64,000 bases of DNA from Macrostomum lignano (taxonomy: Eukaryota): NCBI GenBank assembly GCA_002269645.1, contig NIVC01000422.1:186001-250000 (forward strand), read 5' to 3'. The translations under genes and the position numbers were made by a program. Position 1 is the stretch's first letter. Each line of letters opens with the position of its first letter. Shown piece by piece: positions 43,501 through 55,400 of the stretch. The notes beneath the pieces were generated by a model, which was not told the DNA's origin, searched no databases, and worked only from the letters and a program-made list of their open reading frames with translations.

Positions 43501-44326
43501 TCCACATCCTCGCAGGTCTCAATCGGACGTAAGTCCGTGAGTTCCTGCAGGTGCAGATCAAGGGCAGCCTTGTAGGCCGCCCAATCTGTGTTGCGGATAT
43601 TGCGTCTCCAAGTGATCGGAGACTGGGTTTTAGTGTCCGCGATATTAAAGGCGATAAAGCAGTGGTCAGACAGGGAGGGCTCCTCAGACCAGACTCTCCA
43701 CTCCTTGACTCTGTCAAAGAGTCTTGGGGTAACGAGTGTGGCGTCGAGGACCTCGGTCCATCTGCCATTATTAAAGGTAGGAGTGCTGCCGCGGTTGCAG
43801 AGCATGAGGTTTGTGTTAGAGATGAGGGCCAGAAGCTCCTCTCCTCTAGTGTTGGTATCTTTGCTGCCCCAGTGCTTGTGGTGCGCGTTGAGGTCGCCCC
43901 CTAAGCACAGCTCAGCGTTCTGGGACTCGCAGTACTGCGCAAGGCGCAGTAAACTCTCGGAGCAGGGTCTCTGTCGCCTGGGATATAAACCGAGGCAACA
44001 AGACACGTACGCGGAGAGAAATGATTAGATTGGATGACGCAAAGGTCTCCATCAGAGAGATCAGTCCTCAGCCAAGCCTGGAGATGGCTAGCAGCGAGGA
44101 TAGCCGCTCTAGGGCGGCTGTTCCCCGGGCCACACACATAAAAATCAGAGTAGCCAGAGGGAATGTTGGGCAACTTACCGTTGCGCATCCAGGGTTCCTG
44201 GATCAGGATGAGGCCTGGCCTGTACAGCTCAGCAATCTTCATCAGATTTACTGACGCAGATACGCAATGCTGTAAATTTATTTGCAGACAGAATGTCGCT
44301 CCTTTGGCAGCGTGGAGCTTAGTCAT
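40588..44326 (-). CDS. LINE copy 2 ORF2 (APE-RT-RNase H), two frameshifts near 44000 and 43150
   Basis: CLQINLQH, LIQEPW, GGDLNAHH, SDHCFI, APWWNPEL, RPISLTS, FLDIVGAFD, GGPQGGVLTP, GYADDV, CYTDGS, WVPGH, GNELAD; C-terminal CSFC...HFVSIC. Confidence 0.94.
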
Positions 44327-44365
44327 ACTGTATTAAATGCAATATCTGGCTAGAGCCCAGGGCCA

Positions 44366-45870
44366 TCAAGGAGACTTGGACAACAGATCGTCCTCGTCCC
44401 AGGCCGCTGGGGCTTGACTGGGAGATGGGAGTTGGTCGACGTCCATGGCCTCCTCACCCCCACCGGCCCCCCCAGCAGAGTCCTCAGGCTCCGATGACAG
44501 GATGGAGGAAGCTTCCTCACCTGCATCTTTACCTTCAGACCCCACCAAGGTGGCCGAGGAGAGCTCGGATTCCGAAGACCCGGCCTCGTCCTCAACTCCT
44601 TCTCCGACTGGCAGGTTTGGTTCCCGGGGCTCGGCCGGAGCCGTTACCGCGGTCGCCGAACTGCTGCTAGCAGAGGGGCGAGATGCAGCTTTGGCTTTGG
44701 GATCGGCTTGCGCCTTTCCTTGGGCCTTAGACTGCGCCCCGCTCTTGCCGGAGATGCCGGGGTTGGCAGTAGCCTTCCCTTTGGCAGACTTTCCTCGGCG
44801 CAACTTGAGCTTGAGGGCACCCAGCTGGAAAGAGGATCCATTGGGTACCGACTCGCCCAAGTGCTGGAAAGGCCGAGGACAATTGAGTTGCCCGTCTCCC
44901 CCCTGCGGACTTTGCGGTGATACACCAGTCCACTAGCAGGGAGGTCGGGGTTCAGACGCAGTAGGACCCGGCGAATAACGTCTGGTCCAGCTGCGGTGCT
45001 CTTAGCAGGGACGAAAACCACATAGGGTATCGTCTTTGGACGCTGGCCCTCGCGAAGAAAAAGAGCTCCACCAAGGTCAGCATCCAAGGAGACCGTCGGT
45101 AGCCGCTGGAGCAGCCGCCGAGCGTCCTCCTCGCTGCTAGGAGCAATAAGAACGAATGTGCTTCGCAGCACCATCCGCTCAACGCCGATGGAGATTCCCT
45201 CCTCGACAGTCAGCTCAATCAGATAGGAGTCAACAGCACTCCACACTTTTTGAAGCTGATCAGTGGTCCAGTCCTGGTCGCGACCTTGGATGATCACTCC
45301 CGGGATTTTGGCCTTGGCCTTCGCCGCAAAGGTAGCTCCCGAAGGAACCTCCTTGTTGGCAGTGGCCATTTGTTGCGCCGTGGTTTCGGCCTCAGCAGCC
45401 GCGGCAGCAGCTCCAGGGAGCGCCGCCGCTGAACTACTGGAGCTTCCACCGGCCGGCCCGCCTGGTTGCCTTGGGACTCCAGTCGCTTCAGCATCCATGG
45501 TGGACGCCGCCGCTTTGGCCCCCGCAGCTCCCTTCTTGGCCTGCCTTTTGGCGCGTTGTTTAGCGCGTTTGCGCTCAAGCCGAGCCCGCTGAGCTTCATC
45601 GGATCTGCCAGATTTGGCCGGTCCTTTAGGCTCAGAGCTCGCGGTTCCCTTAGATCCACCAGCGGAGCTGGCAGGTCTTAGGATATTTTGAGTTTGGTAG
45701 CTCTGGTCGGATCTGCCAGCAGAGCCAGCCGGTCCTTCCTTTGCCACAGTTGAATCAGTCGGTTGGGATCTGCCAGCAGGGCCGGCCGGTCCTTCGGACT
45801 GAGGTTGGGGTTTAGAAGGGTCCCCGTCCCTAGAAATAGCTTGTTTATCCATAGTCGGCTCGAAGGCCAT
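44366..45870 (-). CDS. LINE copy 2 ORF1, frameshifted near 44850
   Basis: Probable ATG at 45870 (MAFEPT); basic RAKQRAKRQAKK patch; fragments 44644..45927 and 44366..44860. Confidence 0.72.
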
Positions 45871-46102
45871 GATAAAAGGTTGGTGGGCTACCCTCAAAGG
45901 GGCGCGGTACCCACCCGGCCGCTCCACCTGACCGGGCAGTAGGCCAATAGCACCCTCAAGGCTGGCCCGACACCAGGAGGGGGACCGCTTGCGACCGGAC
46001 TACTCCCCGGCCTTCCAGCCCATCGGCACGGTCAACACCTTAGGCATTAGAGAGTACGTTGAGCAGTACCACGGCCTGCAGGTTGGCGAGCCAGACCCGC
46101 AT

Positions 46103-46387
46103 ACCCAAATTCGGCCGAAGCCACTGGATAGGGTCGCCAGCGCCGGAGCCCAGTCTGTCCAGCAGCCCTAGGGACTGCCTTGAACACACGCGGGGACGAG
46201 TACCCTGGGTCGACTTGCGAGACAGCGTGGGGGGGGTCTGCGGCTGCCAGAGGCAAATAGAGGGTGCAGACCTCCCACCAGCCTTGACCTGCTGAAGATA
46301 GGGGCAGGCGTGAAGCATCGCAGACCTTAGCCCATGGGCCTAGTCTGTCTCATACTTCACTGGCATGCTGAATACGCCTTCGCGTGC
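46103..46387 (-). ncRNA. Predicted HDV-like self-cleaving ribozyme at the 5' end of LINE copy 2
   Basis: P1 GCACGCG (46387-46381) / CGCGUGU (46192-46186), 7 bp with G1-U wobble; P2 ACCCA (46210-46206) / UGGGU (46107-46103); P3 GGG/CCC; L3 UACUCGU; P1.1 AC/GU; J4/2 CGAAU with candidate catalytic C at 46113. Confidence 0.8.
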
Positions 46388-46402
46388 CATTTTCCAACAC
46401 CT

Positions 46403-49400
46403 CTCCGCGCAACAGAAATCGTCTCCGTGAAACTGAACACACTATCGAAATCCTCTCCGTGAAACTGAACACCATCGAAATATTCTCCGCGAAATAGAAA
46501 TCCTCTCCGTGAAACTGGACTAAATCGAAATTTCTACGTCAAACAGCCCAGCTCTCAGAATTCATTGGTTAGGGTTAGGGTTAGGGTTAGAGCTACACAC
46601 AGCTGCGTGTTGAAAGGCGCCGTAAAAACATTGAACCAATTAAATTGCGCAACTTATTTCTCAGGCAGTCAGTATCAGCCTCAGTTAAAGTTAACAAAAA
46701 GATTGCGCAATCTAAATCAACCCTCAAATACACAGCAACCGACCCCCTTCCAATATGCAGTGCAGCTAGAAATTGAACCCCCCCTCACCAACTATTGGGG
46801 GGTCGGTCGAACCCCCATTGAACTCCAAAATGAGAACAATCTTTGCAGAAAGCTAAAAGTATGAAAATCTTTTCTTGAATGCTGTGAATTTAATTTTCAT
46901 ATTTAAAGCAAAAAACTTATATCCCCGAACTCATCGCAGCAAGATCTTTCCAGCAATATAAGTCTCTCCTCTCTAAGTTCAAAACTCGAGCAACAGTTAG
47001 TGTTTGAAACTTTCTGATTTTAAGCATTGAAATATCGAGTGTACGTTCACTGCCTGCAACAGTTAATTGCAATTGTCTATACAGTCAGCCCGTGCGCCAA
47101 GGTCCAAGTGCACACGAAATGATTGCGCAATCTAAATCAACCCTCCAATACACAGCGACTGACCCCCTTCCGCAGTGGCAATTAAAAGTTGAACCGCCCC
47201 CCCTCCCACCAACTGTTGGGGGGTTGGTCGAACCCCATTGAACCCCAAAATGAGTACAATCTTTCCAGAAAGTAAAAAGTATGGAAGTTGTTTTCGATCG
47301 CTGTGTTTTTTCTTTTCACATTTAAAACAAACAACTTATATCCCCGAACTCAGTGTTGCAAGATCTTTCCAGCAATATAAGTCTATTCTTTTAAAGTTTA
47401 GAACTCGAGCAACAGTTAGCGTTTGAAATGTCCCGATTTAAAGCATTGAAGTATCGAGTGTACGTTCACCTGCCTGCTAAAAAGGCTCGCATGTTGATGC
47501 ATTGAATTTCAGTGTGCAAAAAATACACCGGGCTGCCTAATTGAAAATCAGAGCACGTATCGTTGCGCAATTGTCTATACAGTCAGCCCGTGCGCCAAGG
47601 TCCAAGTGTACACACGCCGCCACTGAGAACGCGAGCACCCCCACTGGAGAGAAAATACACTGCAGAGATAGGAGAAAGTTATGGCGCAATCGCTCAAAAT
47701 TCATGCAAATTTTTAGCTCCAAGCAGAAAGAGGGGACAAATAAGATTATCAAAGGTCAAGATTGCAGTGTTTTGCTTTTTTCGGGATCTTAAAATGTAAA
47801 AATAAAAAATTGAAATAGCCCACTGCCATCCTCGGAAAATTTGCAGTTTTCCCATATAAGTTTCGACGCTGACTTGCAAGTCGTCTAGGAGGAGATATGT
47901 ATCACACAGACAAACAACGCACCAGTTTTAGTATTAAGACGAGGCCAACTCCTCCTCTGGAGGAGAAAGGGGAAGAATTCCCATCACCGGTACTCCATTC
48001 CCTGAAATGCCATTCCCTGAATCCCATCATCCAACTCCTCTCCGCGAAACTGAACATCATCGAAATCTTCTCCGTAAAAGAGAACTCCATCAAACACCTC
48101 TCCGTGAAACTGACATTCATCAAAATCCCCTCCGAGAAATAGAAATCCTCTCCGTGAAACTGGACTCCATGGAAATCCTCTCCGTGAAACTGACATTCAT
48201 CAAAATCCCCTCCGAGAAACAGAAATCCTCTCCGTGAAACTGGACTCCATGGAAATCCTCTCCGTGAAACTGACATTCATCAAAATCCCTCCGAGAAACA
48301 GAAATCCTCTCCGTGAAACTGGACTCCATGGAAATCCTCTCCGTGAAACTGACATCCATCAAAATCGTCTTCGCGAAACAGAAATTCTCTCCATTAAACT
48401 GGACTGAATCGAAATTTTCTCCGTAAAAAAGAATCAACTCTCAGGATTTAGTGGTTAGGGTTAGGGTTAGGGTTAGGGTTAGAGCTACAACGCAGCAGCG
48501 TGTTGAACCAATTGAATTAATTGAATGCGCAACCGATTTCACAGTCAGTCAGTATCAGTCTCGGTAAAAGTTAACAAAAAGATTGCGCAAACTAAATCAA
48601 CCCTCCAATACACAGCGACTGACCCCCTTCCAATACGCAGTGGCAATTAAAAGTTGAACCCCCCCCTCCCACCAACTGTTGGGGGGTTGGTCGAACCCCC
48701 ATTGAACTCCAAAATGAGTACACTGCCGAAAGTTAAAAGTATGGAAATCGTTTTTTAAATGCTGTGCTTTTTGTTTTCACATTTAAAGCAAACAACTTAT
48801 ATCCCCGAACTCAGTATTGCAAGATCTTTCCAGTAATATAAGTCTCTCCTCTGAAAGTTTAAAACTCGAGGAACAGTTAGCGCTTGAAATTTCCTGATTT
48901 AAAGCATTAAAGTATCGAGTGTACGTTCACAGCCTGCTAAAGAGGCTCGCAAGTTTATTCATTAAATTTTACTGCCCAGCAAATACACATGGCTGCCTAT
49001 TGAATGCCGCCGATAATAAAACCAATTAAATCTCGACACAGTCCTAGCTATCTCCTTACACTGTACAACTGCTATGTACACTCAGCCCAAGCCCAACCCC
49101 CCATTCCGGGGGAATCGTTAAATTTAATTGAACCCCCCAACACGCGGGGGTTTTGCATTTAACGCAGAACACGCGCACCCACCCCCCCCCAAAATACACA
49201 GCGACCCGCGGGCGGAGGTTGGGGTGGCTATTTTTACAAACAGACTGCAACCCCTCCACTGGAGAGGCAGAGTGGCCACAGAAGGGGCAAAGAAGGTTAA
49301 GAAATCAGTTTTCTGCTTTTTTAGGGATCTTAAAATGTAAAAATGAAAGATTAAAATAGCTATAAACCCAATCCGGAAAATTTGCAGTTTTCCCATATAA

Positions 49401-52400
49401 GTTTCAACGCTGACTTGCCAGTAGTTTAGGAGAAAAGTTGCAACATACGGACAAACAAACAAACATCGCACCACTTTTAGTATTAAGACGAGGCCAACTC
49501 CTCCTTCGGAGAAGAAAGGGGAAGAACTCCAATCAGCGGAATTCCATTCCCTGAACTCCATCAGCGGAATCCCATTTTCCAACACCTCTCCGCGCAACAG
49601 AAATCGTCTCCGTGAAACTGAACACACTATCGAAATCCTCTCCGTGAAACTGAACACCATCGAAATATTCTCCGCGAAATAGAAATCCTCTCCGTGAAAC
49701 TGGACTAAATCGAAATTTCTACGTCAAACAGCCCAGCTCTCAGAATTCATTGGTTAAGGTTAGGGTTAGGGTTAGAGCTACACACAGCTGCGTGTTGAAA
49801 GGCGCCGTAAAAACATTGAACCAATTAAATTGCGCAACTTATTTCTCAGGCAGTCAGTATCAGCCTCAGTTAAAGTTAACAAAAAGATTGCGCAATCTAA
49901 ATCAACCCTCAAATACACAGCAACCGACCCCCCTTCCAATACGCAGTGCAGCTAGAAATTGAACCCCCCCTCACCAACTATTGGGGGGTCGGTCGAACCC
50001 CCATTGAACTCCAAAATGAGAACAATCTTTGCAGAAAGCTAAAAGTATGAAAATCTTTTCTTGAATGCTGTGAATTTAATTTTCATATTTAAAGTAAAAA
50101 ACTTATATCCCCGAACTCATTGCAGCAAGATCTTTCCAGCAATATAAGTCTCTCCTCTCTAAGTTCAAAACTCGAGCAACAGTTAGTGTTTGAAACTTTC
50201 TGATTTTAAGCATTGAAATATCGAGTGTACGTTCACTGCCTGCAACAGTTAATTGCAATTGTCTATACAGTCAGCCCGTGCGCCAAGGTCCAAGTGCACA
50301 CGAAATGATTGCGCAATCTAAATCAACCCTCCAATACACAGCGACTGACCCCCTTCCGCAGTGGCAATTAAAAGTTGAACCGCCCCCCTCCCACCAACTG
50401 TTGGGGGGTTGGTCGAACCCCATTGAACCCCAAAATGAGTACAATCTTTCCAGAAAGTAAAAAGTATGGATGTTGTTTTCGATCGCTGTGTTTTTTCTTT
50501 TCACATTTAAAACAAACAACTTATATCCCCGAACTCAGTGTTGCAAGATCTTTCCAGCAATATAAGTCTATTCTTTTAAAGTTTAGAACTCGAGCAACAG
50601 TTAGCGTTTGAAATGTCCCGATTTAAAGCATTGAAGTATCGAGTGTACGTTCACCTGCCTGCTAAAAAGGCTCGCATGTTGATGCATTGAATTTCAGTGT
50701 GCAAAAAATACACCGGGCTGCCTAATTGAAAATCAGAGCACGTATCGTTGCGCAATTGTCTATACAGTCAGCCCGTGCGCCAAGGTCCAAGTGTACACAC
50801 GCCGCCACTGAGAACGCGAGCACCCCCACTGGAGAGAAAATACACTGCAGAGATAGGAGAAAGTTATGGCGCAATCGCTCAAAATTCATGCAAATTTTTA
50901 GCTCCAAGCAGAAAGAGGGGACAAATAAGATTATCAAAGGTCAAGATTGCAGTGTTTTGCTTTTTTCGGGATCTTAAAATGTAAAAATAAAAAATTGAAA
51001 TAGCCCACTGCCATCCTCGGAAAATTTGCAGTTTTCCCATATAAGTTTCGACGCTGACTTGCAAGTCGTCTAGGAGGAGATATGTATCACACAGACAAAC
51101 AACGCACCAGTTTTAGTATTAATAAGAGAGAGAAGAAAACATATCGTTGCGCAATTGTCTATACAATCAGCCAGTGAGCTAGGGTCCGATTGTACACATG
51201 CAGCCACTGAGAATGCCCCCATTCCCCCATTGGAGAGAAAATACACTGCCGAGATAGGAGAAAGTTGTGGCGTAATCACTAAAAAATTGATGCCAACTGG
51301 CCCAGTTACACCCCTTCAGCTAAAAGAATACACTACACAGATAGGCCAGCTGTTGTGGCGCAATCACTAAGAGTTGCGCAAGGTGGATCATATTCCCTAT
51401 TGTTTTATTATTTCTGCTTTTTTAGGGATCTTAAAATATAAAAATGAAAGATTAAAATAGCTATAAACCCAACCCGGAAAATTTGCAGTTTACCCATATA
51501 AGTTTCAACGCTGAGTTGCAAGTAGTCTAGGAGAAAAATTGCAACATACAGACAGACGCACGTCGCACCACTTTTAGTATCAAGACAAGTAGTCTAGGAG
51601 AAAAATTGCAACATACAGACAGACGCACGTCGCACCACTTTTAGTATCAAGAAATTGCAACATACAGACAGACAAACATCGCACCACTTTTAGTATTAAG
51701 ACGAGGCCAACTCCTTCGATGGAGGAGAAAGGGGAAGAACTCCCATCACCGGAATTCCATTCCCTGAACTCCATCAGCTGAATCCCAAGACCCGAATCCC
51801 ATTATCTAACTGTTCTCCAAATCCATCAAAATCCTCTCTGTGAAACTGAACACGATCGAAATCCTCTCCGCGAAACAGAAATCCTCTCCGTGAAACTTGA
51901 CTCAATCGAAAGTTTCTCCGTCAAACAACTAAACTCTCAGGATTCAGTGGTTAGGGTTAGGGTTAGGGTTGGAGCTGCACAGAGCTGCGTGTTGAAAAGG
52001 TCCGATAAAAAATGAGATAATTGAATCAAAAGATTGCGCAATTTACGCTCGTATTTCTAAGTAAGTCAGTATCAGTCTCAGTTAAAGTTAACAAAAATAT
52101 TGCGCAATCTAAATCAACCCTCCATCCAATACACAGCGACCGACCCCCTTCCAATACGCAGTGGCAATTAGAAATTGAACCCCCCCCCAACTGTTGGGGG
52201 GTCAGTCGAACACCATTGAACTCCTAAAATGAGTACAATCTTTGCAATAAGTTAAAAGTATGGAAATAGTTTTTCCAATGCAGAGCATTTAGTTTTCATA
52301 TTTAAAGCAAACAATTTATATCCCCGAACTCAGCGTTGCAAGTTCTTTCCAGCAATATAAGTCTCTCCTCTCAAAGTTAAAAACTCCAGCAACAGTCTGA

Positions 52401-55400
52401 GTTTGAAATTTGCCGATTTATAGCATTGCAATATTGAGTGTACGTCCATACGTTCACTGCCTGCTAAAGAGGCCCGCAAGTTTATTCATTGAATTTCACT
52501 GTCTAACCAATGCACAGGGCAGTCAATTGAAAGGCGCTGATAATAAAACCAATTGAATCTCACACAATAGCCATATAATTGCGCTTACTTACCCACCACG
52601 CCACGAAATACACGCAGTTCTATTTTTCAGCCGGGGTCCGCTTGTACACACGCTGCCACTGAGAACGCGACCAACCCCCACTGGCGAGAAAATACACTAC
52701 AGAGATAGGAGAAAGTTGTGGCGCAATCGCTCAAAATCATGCAAATTTTCGGCTCCGAGCAGAAAAAGTGTCCAGAGAAGGTTAGGAAATCAGTTTTCTG
52801 CTTTTTTAGGGATCTTAAAATGTGAAAATAAAAAATTGAAATAGCCCACTGCAGTCCCCGGAAAATTTGCAGTTTCCCCATATAAGTTTCAACGCTGACT
52901 TGCAAGTATTCTAGGAGGAGTTATGCAACACACAAACAAACAGACAAACAAACAAACAATCATCGCACCAACTTTAGTATTAGGACGAGGCCAACTCCTC
53001 CGATGGAGGAGAAAGGGGAAGAACTCCCATCACCGGAATTCCATTCCCTGAAACCCCTTAGCTGAATCCCATGACCCGAATCCCATCATCAAAACATCTC
53101 CAAATCCATCAAACTCCTCTCCGTGAAACAGAAATCCTCTCCGTGAAACTGAAAACCATCGAAATCCTCTCCGTAAAACTGGACTCAATCAAAATTTTCT
53201 CCGTCAAAAAGAACTCAACTCTCAGGGTTTAGTGCCATCAGTGGTCTAGGGTTAGGGTTAGAGCTGCACAGAGCTGCGGGTTGAAAGCCGCCGATAAAAA
53301 TATTGAATTAATTGAATCAATTTATTGCGCAACCGATTTCTCATTTAGTCAGTTCAGGCTCAGGTAAAGTTAACAAAATGATTGCGCAATCTAAATCAAC
53401 CCTCCAATACACAGTGGCAGTAAGAAGTTGAACCCTTCCCATAACTTTATCTATTACGTCTCGCGAAACTAAGTGCAATCTTTGCAGAAAGTTAAAAGTT
53501 CGGAAATAGTTTTTGAATGCTGTCCTTTTTGTTTTCATATTTAAAGCAAACAACTTATACCTCCAAACTCAGTGTTGCAAGCTCTTTCCGGCAATATAAG
53601 TCTCTTCTCTTAAAGTTTAGAACTCGAGGAGCAGTTAGCGTTTACAACTTTCCGATTTAAAGCATTGAAATATCGAGTGTACGCTCACCGCCTGTTAAAG
53701 CGACTCGCAGGTTATGCAATGAATTTAACTGTCCTACAATACACAGGCTTCATATTGAAAGGCAGAACAACTTAACAGTAGCCAAATCATTGCGCAATCA
53801 TCTATACAGTGCGCCAGTGAGCTAGGGTCCAATTGTACACACGCAGCCACTTAGAACGCCCCATCCCCCAACTGGAGAGAAATGCACTGGCGAGATAGGA
53901 GAAAGTTATGGCGCAAGCAATCAAAATTGATGCATTTTATCAGCTCCGAGCAGAAAGAGGGGACAAATAAGATTATCAAAGGTCAAGATTGCAGTTTTCT
54001 GCTTTTTTAGGGATCTTAAAATGTGAAAATAAAAAATTGAAATAGCCCACTGCAGTCCCCGGAAAATTTGCAGTTTACCCATATAAGTTTCAACGCTGAC
54101 TTGCAAGTATTCTAGGAGGAGTTATGCAACACACAAACAAACAGACAAACAAACAAACAATCATCGCACCAACTTTAGTATTAGGACGAGGCCAACTCCT
54201 CCTCTGGAGGAGAAAGGGGAAGAATTCCCATCACCGGTACTCCATTCCCTGAAATGCCATTCCCTGAATCCCATCATCCAACTCCTCTCCGCGAAACTGA
54301 ACATCATCGAAATCTTCTCCGTAAAAGAGAACTCCATCAAACACCTCTCCGTGAAACTGACATTCATCAAAATCCCCTCCGAGAAATAGAAATCCTCTCC
54401 ACCAAACAGAAATCCTCTCCGTCAAAATTAAAACATTGAAATCGTCTCCGCTAAACTGGACTCAATCGATTTTTTCCGTCAAACAACTCAACTCTCCAGA
54501 TTCATTGGTTAGGGTTAGGGTTAGGGTTAGGGTTAGAACTACGCACAGCTTCGTGTTAAAAGGCACTGATAAAAATATTGAACTAATTGAATCAATTCAT
54601 TGCGCAACCGATTTCACAGTCAGTCAGTATCAGTCTCAGTTAAAGTTAACAAAAACATTGCGCAATCTAAATCAACCCTCCAATACACAGCAGCAGTGAG
54701 AAGTTGAACCCTCCCCCCCAACTTTATCTATTACGTCTCGCAAAACTGAGAACAATTTTTGCAGAAAATTAAAAGCATGGAAATAGTTTTTTTAAATGCT
54801 GTGCTTTTTCTTTTCATATTTAAAGATAACAAATTATATCCCCGAACTCAGCGTTGCAAGATCTTTCCAGCAATATAAGTTTCTCCTATCAAAGTTAGAA
54901 ACTCGAGCAACAGTTTGCGTTTGAAACTTTCTGATTTAAAGCATTGAAATATCGAGTGTACGTTCACTGCCTGCTAAAGAGGCTCGCAAGTTTATGCATT
55001 GAATTTCAATGTTCAAAACTTCACAGCGCAGCCTATTGAAAGGCACAGATAATAAAACAAATTGATGGCGCAACCGATTTCACAGTCAGTCAGTATCAGT
55101 CTCAGTTCAAGTTAACAAAAAGTTTGCGCAATCTAAATCAACCCTCCAGTACACAGCGCCCGACCCCCTTCCACTACGCAGTGGCAGTTAGAAATTGAAC
55201 CCCCAACTGTTGGGGGTCAGTCGAACGCCCATTGAACCCCAAAATGAGTACAATCTTTGCAGAAAGCTAAAAGTCTGGAAATAGTTTTTTTGATGCTGTG
55301 CTTTTAGTTTTTCTATTTAAAGCAAACAATTTATATCCTCGAACTCAGTGTTGCAAGATCTATTCAGCAGTATAAGTCTCTTCTCTTAACATTTAGAACT

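Larger units (their letters stand above)
40491..46387 (-). mobile_element. Full-length non-LTR retrotransposon copy 2 (LOA/I-group-like; different family from copy 1)
   Basis: 15-bp TSD CATTTTCCAACACCT at 40476-40490 and 46388-46402; same 3' terminus TGACTTACTTGACTTAGCTGCAGGG as copy 1; empty-site paralogue at 49573-49587. Confidence 0.96.
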
